This document shows, piece after piece, positions 58,940 to 64,000 of a stretch of 64,000 bases of DNA. The notes beneath the pieces are model-generated. The model was given only the letters and a program-made list of their open reading frames with translations, was not told where the DNA came from and did not search any database. Source of the stretch: an uncultured Clostridia bacterium (lineage in GTDB: Bacteria > Bacillota > Clostridia > Christensenellales > UBA1242). The translations under genes were made by a program, and so were the position numbers. Where the stretch lies: contig CALVOK010000016.1 in the NCBI GenBank assembly GCA_944350275.1, forward strand, positions 10,894 through 74,893, given 5' to 3'. Every line of letters begins with the position of its first letter. Within the stretch, counting starts at the first letter, position 1.

Positions 58940-61900
58940 ATGAAACTAAAAACATATATAAACTCAACAATTTTTGAGGCAACAAAGGATATGATATCTT
59001 CAATAGATAATAGTGACTTTTCTATTGAACATATTGTGGTGGTACCAGACAGATTTTCGCTACAAATGGAAAAACTCTTGCTTCAAACAATAAAAAAATC
59101 ACTTTTTAATGTTAGAGTAATGGGGCTCACATCTTTAGCAGGAGATATCTTTTCTAGGCTTCACAAAAAAGTGGATGTTCTCTCTTCTGCTGAGTCTTTA
59201 CTTTTAACACAGAAAGCAATAGAAAATGTCAAACAAAATTTTATTGCCTTTAGAAAAAGTGGTATATCATTTTGCTACGAAATCAACAAACTCTTATCAC
59301 AGTTAAAGAGTTGTGAGATTTTGCCTGATGATCTTAATATCAAGGCGGAAGGATTAAGTGGGGCAAAATATAATGACATTATGCTTATTTACAAAGAGTA
59401 TCAAAAATTGCTTAATGGCAAACTGGATGCTAATGAGAGATTAAGTCTATTGATAGATGAGGTCAAGAAAAGTGACATCCTAAAAAACACTAAATTTTAC
59501 TTTGCCCAATTTGACAGTTTTACTAAAGAGGGGTATTCTTTAATAAAAACACTCGTAGAAAGTGCCAGCGAAGTAAATATTTCTCTTGCCAGTCCTCTTA
59601 GCATCGGAAATGATTATATATATGAAAAGGACATATTGCAAAAACTTGTAACAATTTCTAGGGAAGAAAACATAGAAATTGAAAATAAGATTTCAAAATC
59701 TCAACTTTCAAAAGAAAAAGAGGCGATTATAAAAGGAGTCTATAGTTATCAACCTTACGAGATTGAAAACAAGGGCTTTTATAGCAGTTTTTCTGCACAA
59801 AATGTTTATAGTGAGGTGAACGGACTTGCTAAACTAATATATTATTTTATTACCAAAGGTTACCACTATAATGATATTGTAGTTGCAACCAGTCAACTTT
59901 CTCGCTACCAAGACAAAATAGAAAAACAATTTGATAAGTTTGACATCCCATATTTTATAGATAGTTCTATAACTGCTGATAAAACAATACTTGCTAGGTT
60001 AATCCTTGATTTTTTGCAACTGATCAATAGAGGTTACCAAAGTGAAGATTTGCAAAATTTATTTTCAAACATTTTGATAAACCAGAGCGAAATTGTCGAA
60101 ATAGTTCAACATTATAATGTTGATAATAGGGTTAAGTACAAAAAACATATTTCAAATTTATTTAACTATAATTACATATTAGAAAAAATTGAGAAATGTA
60201 AAACTGCAAAAGATTATCAAATTGTTATCACAGATTTACTAGAACAATTGCAAGAGCAATTTGATAGTGTAATGGATATTTTAGATAGTAAATCATACTT
60301 AAAAGAAAAAATGATTAATGAGCAAAGCAAGGATATTTTGCTAGAAAATATTAATCTTATATCTAAGTACAGTGAGGGAGAAATCAAACTTGGCGAATAT
60401 ATAAAAATGCTAAAACTCTTGCTTTCTTTTAAAGAGGTATCTTCTGTGCCAACATTTGTGGACGGTGTGATGGTTGGAGATGCGACAGCCTCTTATTTTG
60501 GTGATTGTAAAATTCTTATATTACTTGGCAGTCAAGATTTACCTCAAATAAGTTCTGATAGTGGAATATTAAGTGATTACGACTTGTCATTAAATTATAT
60601 TAATAAAAAAATAGAGCCTACAATTAGAATGATAAACAGAAGAAATAGGTTTAAAGTTTTCAATCTTCTCTCACTTCCAACTGAAAGACTCATATGTTTT
60701 ACACGGACATTTGATGATGATGGAAAAAAGACAGAACTACCAGCATTTGTTGATAGTCTGAATAAGATTTTTAACCAAAAGACTATAAGGTGTGAGGATG
60801 TGTTTTATTATAATGAAATAGCACATGGCAATTCCTTTTTAATCAAGTTAGGATGTCGAAAAAATTTCATAGAGGAAAACTTACACTACCTGTCAGAAGA
60901 AAGTTTGAAAAGTTTTGAGTTTGCAAGTGACCTTCCTTTCTCTAATTTTGAAATAAATAAAGAGAAAATTAATAACAGCCAAATGTTATATTTTAATAAA
61001 AGAACTATATATGTCACTCAACTTGAGCAATATTTTTCTTGTCCATTCAAACACTTTATATCTTATGGTCTCAAACTAAAAGAGAAGGAAACAAGTGAAT
61101 TTGATGTAAGAGATACAGGTAATATATGTCATTATGGTGCAGAGTTATTTGTAAAATATCTAATGGATAGAGACTATGATGACTTAGATAATATTGATAT
61201 AAACCACTTTATAGATGATTGTTTTGATGAAATCATAGAAAAAGAAAATGTAAAAGATAAAATTATCAATGCTAGCGAGAGCAAATCTTTAATATCATTT
61301 TTCAAACACCAACTGTATATTCTTTTCGGTGATATATTAAGTGAAATAAAATCATCTTATTTTAGACCTAAATATTTAGAGAAAAAACTTGACTGCATAA
61401 GCCTTGGCAATAATTTCAAAGTTGAAATGTCTGGGAAAACTGATAGAATAGATGAATGTGAAAAGTATTTTAGAATTATAGACTACAAAACAGGTCGCAC
61501 AGGCAATTTAATTAAAGAACTTTATTATGGAGAAAAACTGCAACTATTTTTATACCAAAGAATTGTAAAAGAAGTAACGAAGAAAGAACCAGCAGGAGTA
61601 TTTTACTTTAACGCAAAATATAATTATGATAAATATAATGATGACAAACAAATTTTAAAGGGTATTGCAGAAAACAATGATGATAGTTTGAAAATGTTTG
61701 ATAAAAATTTATCTTCGTCAACAAGTAAAATTATTTCATTATATAAAAATAAAAACGGAGAGTTTAAAGGTAGTGCAGTTGCAAAAGAAAAACTGTCTGT
61801 TTATGAAAACTATGCTTTTGCAATAGCAAATAAAGCAGTTGACGAAATTGCGAGTGGATATATATATCCAAAACCACATGAAAAATCTTGTGAGTTTTGC

Positions 61901-61993
61901 AAATATAGTTCTATTTGTGGACATGAGAATGTGATGGGTGAGAGAAAATTATTAAAAGTCGAAAATTTCAAAGGAATAAAAGAAGATGAGTAA
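58940..61993 (+). CDS. addB: helicase-nuclease AddAB subunit B (RexB)
   Basis: 1,017 aa. The C-terminal PD-(D/E)xK nuclease has GKTDRIDE…IIDYKTGR and Fe-S cysteines (CPFKHF … CEFCKYSSIC). It is followed by an overlapping addA. Confidence 0.88.
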   Translation: MKLKTYINSTIFEATKDMISSIDNSDFSIEHIVVVPDRFSLQMEKLLLQTIKKSLFNVRVMGLTSLAGDIFSRLHKKVDVLSSAESLLLTQKAIENVKQNFIAFRKSGISFCYEINKLLSQLKSCEILPDDLNIKAEGLSGAKYNDIMLIYKEYQKLLNGKLDANERLSLLIDEVKKSDILKNTKFYFAQFDSFTKEGYSLIKTLVESASEVNISLASPLSIGNDYIYEKDILQKLVTISREENIEIENKISKSQLSKEKEAIIKGVYSYQPYEIENKGFYSSFSAQNVYSEVNGLAKLIYYFITKGYHYNDIVVATSQLSRYQDKIEKQFDKFDIPYFIDSSITADKTILARLILDFLQLINRGYQSEDLQNLFSNILINQSEIVEIVQHYNVDNRVKYKKHISNLFNYNYILEKIEKCKTAKDYQIVITDLLEQLQEQFDSVMDILDSKSYLKEKMINEQSKDILLENINLISKYSEGEIKLGEYIKMLKLLLSFKEVSSVPTFVDGVMVGDATASYFGDCKILILLGSQDLPQISSDSGILSDYDLSLNYINKKIEPTIRMINRRNRFKVFNLLSLPTERLICFTRTFDDDGKKTELPAFVDSLNKIFNQKTIRCEDVFYYNEIAHGNSFLIKLGCRKNFIEENLHYLSEESLKSFEFASDLPFSNFEINKEKINNSQMLYFNKRTIYVTQLEQYFSCPFKHFISYGLKLKEKETSEFDVRDTGNICHYGAELFVKYLMDRDYDDLDNIDINHFIDDCFDEIIEKENVKDKIINASESKSLISFFKHQLYILFGDILSEIKSSYFRPKYLEKKLDCISLGNNFKVEMSGKTDRIDECEKYFRIIDYKTGRTGNLIKELYYGEKLQLFLYQRIVKEVTKKEPAGVFYFNAKYNYDKYNDDKQILKGIAENNDDSLKMFDKNLSSSTSKIISLYKNKNGEFKGSAVAKEKLSVYENYAFAIANKAVDEIASGYIYPKPHEKSCEFCKYSSICGHENVMGERKLLKVENFKGIKEDE

Positions 61994-64000
61994 ACCAACA
62001 AAAGAGCAACAAGCAATACTTGATAATAACAAGAAGAATTTAATTGTTTCTGCATCTGCTGGAAGTGGAAAAACTTTTATTGTAGTCGAATATATTATAA
62101 ATCTTATAGTAAATCATCATATACCTGTTTCAAGACTATTAGTTTTAACATTTACAAAAGCAGCAGCAAATGAGATGAAAAACCGTCTTTTTAAAGAAAT
62201 TCTTAATCAAAAAAATACACCATTTTTACTAGAACAATTAGACGATATTTCTATAAGTGACATTTCTACAATTGATGCTTTTTGTGAAAAAATAATAAAA
62301 AGGTACATAAATAAACTTGACATTGATGAAAATTTTAGAGTTTTAGATGAAAAGGAAAGTAAAAACTTAAAATTTTCCGCGTTTAATCAAATGTTTGATG
62401 AATATTCACAAGGTGGAGAATATTTTAATGAAATTTATTTTGCTTTCAAACATGATAAAAAAGAGTTGTTTGAGTGCATGGATTATCTTCAAAATTATTT
62501 TGATTGTCAAAGTGATGGAGAAGAAATGCTAAATAGTTATATTGAAAAATTTGATAAATATTATGCGGATAGTCTTGTCTATTTAAATTCCATTCTAGAG
62601 AGTATACTTTTTAGAGCAAAAGAAAATTTAAAAGAAATTGAGTATAGCGATTTAAGTCAACCATTCCAAGAATTTTATATAAATGTAAAAAACATTGCAG
62701 AAATGAAGTTAAAGTCAGATTTTTTTGAAAATTGTGAAGTTATAAATAACATTGTCTTTCCCGCAGTACCTCGTAAAAAGACTGAATTAGTTGAAGAAAA
62801 AACAAAGATAACTAAGGCTCGAGATACTTTAAAAGAAATGCTAAAAATTACAACTGATTTTAAAGATATCGCACTTACAGATAAGGAAAGTTTAGCAAAA
62901 GGTACACTTGCAAAAGGTTTGTTAAACATGGTTAGAGATTATAATAAAAAATATAATGACATGAAAAACATTGTAGACGGACTGGATTTTGCCGACCTTG
63001 AAAGACTTACCAAACAACTATTAAATGACAATCAAATTCTTGAAAACTTGCAAAAAAGTTATGACTATATTTTTATTGACGAGTACCAGGATACTAATAT
63101 TTTACAAGAGTCAATTATTAAACCAATTTCTGAGAAAGGGTATTTTGTCGCTGTTGGAGATATTAAGCAGGGTATATATGGTTTTAGAAATGCTAGCATG
63201 GAAATAATGCAAAAAGATATCCAAAATTTTTCTGAGAGTCAAGATAGTCAAGCACTATTTTTAACAGGGAATTTTAGGTCAGACAAGAGAGTTCTTGATT
63301 TTATAAATATAGTATTTAACAAGATAATGACAAATGAAAGTGTTGGAATAGATTACATGGGTAAAAATCAACTCAAAGGTCTTATGAATTTTGAAAAAAC
63401 ATCTTTGCCATCGGTTAGTGTAGATTTAATCATAAAAGAAGATAAGGAGGTTTTTGTACCAACAAAAATCTATAGTGTAAAAGAAGATGACATTGATAAT
63501 AGTTACAAATATAAATATGAAGTGTACACCCTTGCACATAGAATTGAGGAAATTTTACAATGCCAAATTTATGATGCAAAAAAGGAACAATTTAGGAAGG
63601 TTGTGCCCAGTGATATAGCAATACTCTATCGTTCTCGAGATAAAGCCATGAAAGAGGCTGTGCGGTTTTTACAAGAGAAAGGATTCCCAGTTTTTGCAGA
63701 TTTAAAACAGGACTTAACAAACGATGGACAAGTTCAGATATTATTAAGTTTAATTAAAATATCTATTAATTTTAAAGATGACATATCTCTTATCAGCGTG
63801 CTAGGCTCATGGTTTGGCGGTTTTACATTTGAGGAATTGGCTAATATGCGGATTGCTAATCCAAAAATGTATTTTTGGGAAATAATAGATAATGATTCTA
63901 GTGAAAAAACATTAAAATTTAAAGAGATTCTGCAAAATTTTAAATTTGATTGTCAAACTCTAGGACTTACTAAGGCTTTTGATAAATTGTTTAATCTAAC
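61986..64000 (+). CDS. addA: helicase-nuclease AddAB subunit A (3' end cut by window edge)
   Basis: Absent from the ORF track because there is no stop inside the window. ATG 61986 overlaps the addB stop by 8 nt. The translation MSKPTKEQQAILDNNKKNLIVSASAGSGKTF carries the UvrD Walker A, and IFIDEYQDTN (motif II, ~63072-63101) is in the same frame. Confidence 0.88.
   Translation, partial: MSKPTKEQQAILDNNKKNLIVSASAGSGKTFIVVEYIINLIVNHHIPVSRLLVLTFTKAAANEMKNRLFKEILNQKNTPFLLEQLDDISISDISTIDAFCEKIIKRYINKLDIDENFRVLDEKESKNLKFSAFNQMFDEYSQGGEYFNEIYFAFKHDKKELFECMDYLQNYFDCQSDGEEMLNSYIEKFDKYYADSLVYLNSILESILFRAKENLKEIEYSDLSQPFQEFYINVKNIAEMKLKSDFFENCEVINNIVFPAVPRKKTELVEEKTKITKARDTLKEMLKITTDFKDIALTDKESLAKGTLAKGLLNMVRDYNKKYNDMKNIVDGLDFADLERLTKQLLNDNQILENLQKSYDYIFIDEYQDTNILQESIIKPISEKGYFVAVGDIKQGIYGFRNASMEIMQKDIQNFSESQDSQALFLTGNFRSDKRVLDFINIVFNKIMTNESVGIDYMGKNQLKGLMNFEKTSLPSVSVDLIIKEDKEVFVPTKIYSVKEDDIDNSYKYKYEVYTLAHRIEEILQCQIYDAKKEQFRKVVPSDIAILYRSRDKAMKEAVRFLQEKGFPVFADLKQDLTNDGQVQILLSLIKISINFKDDISLISVLGSWFGGFTFEELANMRIANPKMYFWEIIDNDSSEKTLKFKEILQNFKFDCQTLGLTKAFDKLFNL

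Noticed and set aside
1-64000. Alternative genetic code (UGA = Trp, Mollicutes-like) given the low GC
   Set aside because: TGA terminates genes at conserved C-termini, for example MnmE after FCLGK (stop 37412-37414) and the DltA-like ligase (54285-54287). Trp is encoded by TGG in conserved positions. The standard code 11 fits.
1-64000. Prophage, transposon or integrative element (prompted by dut, the fibre-like protein and the DUF4116 insert)
   Set aside because: The window has no integrase, transposase, terminase, capsid or recombinase genes, no tRNA attachment site, and no flanking direct or inverted repeats.

Overview
This window is the replication-origin neighbourhood of a low-GC Firmicute chromosome, roughly one-third G+C by eye. 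The genetic code is standard: TGA acts as a stop, for example directly after the MnmE C-terminal CLGK motif. All calls come from reading the sequence and the ORF track; no searches were run, so domain names are motif-level recognitions. Gene order, left to right: asnS (5' truncated), prfA, a DUF1385-like::PrmC fusion, small envelope proteins, a radical-SAM/Smr/spo0A group, one giant 19.3-kb ORF (6,432-aa signal-peptide plus C-terminal TM-anchored repeat protein), trpS, parA-parB, about 3.5 kb of very AT-rich gene desert holding three perfect parS palindromes plus rubrerythrin and a small ORF, mnmE-rsmG-dut-dnaA, a dnaA-dnaN spacer with DnaA boxes and an almost pure A/T stretch (oriC), dnaN, a minimal sufC-sufB/D pair, a DUF4116 protein, recF, yqeY-like, a phosphoesterase, lipoproteins, a rearranged Dlt-like acylation cassette (MBOAT, DltD-like, adenylating enzyme, GNAT, carrier protein, convergent acpS), and addB-addA (3' truncated). 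I saw no rRNA, tRNA, CRISPR array, transposase, integrase or prophage block. The most notable observations are: (1) the giant surface-protein gene with homologous N- and C-terminal modules; (2) a Spo0A whose phospho-acceptor Asp is replaced by Glu; (3) a recurrent TATAAT-N6-ATG geometry without a Shine-Dalgarno at six operon-first genes, suggesting leaderless mRNAs; (4) the tandem parS cluster inside origin-proximal gene deserts; (5) parAB, mnmE and rsmG co-oriented with dnaA instead of divergent from it; (6) the non-canonical Dlt-like cassette.
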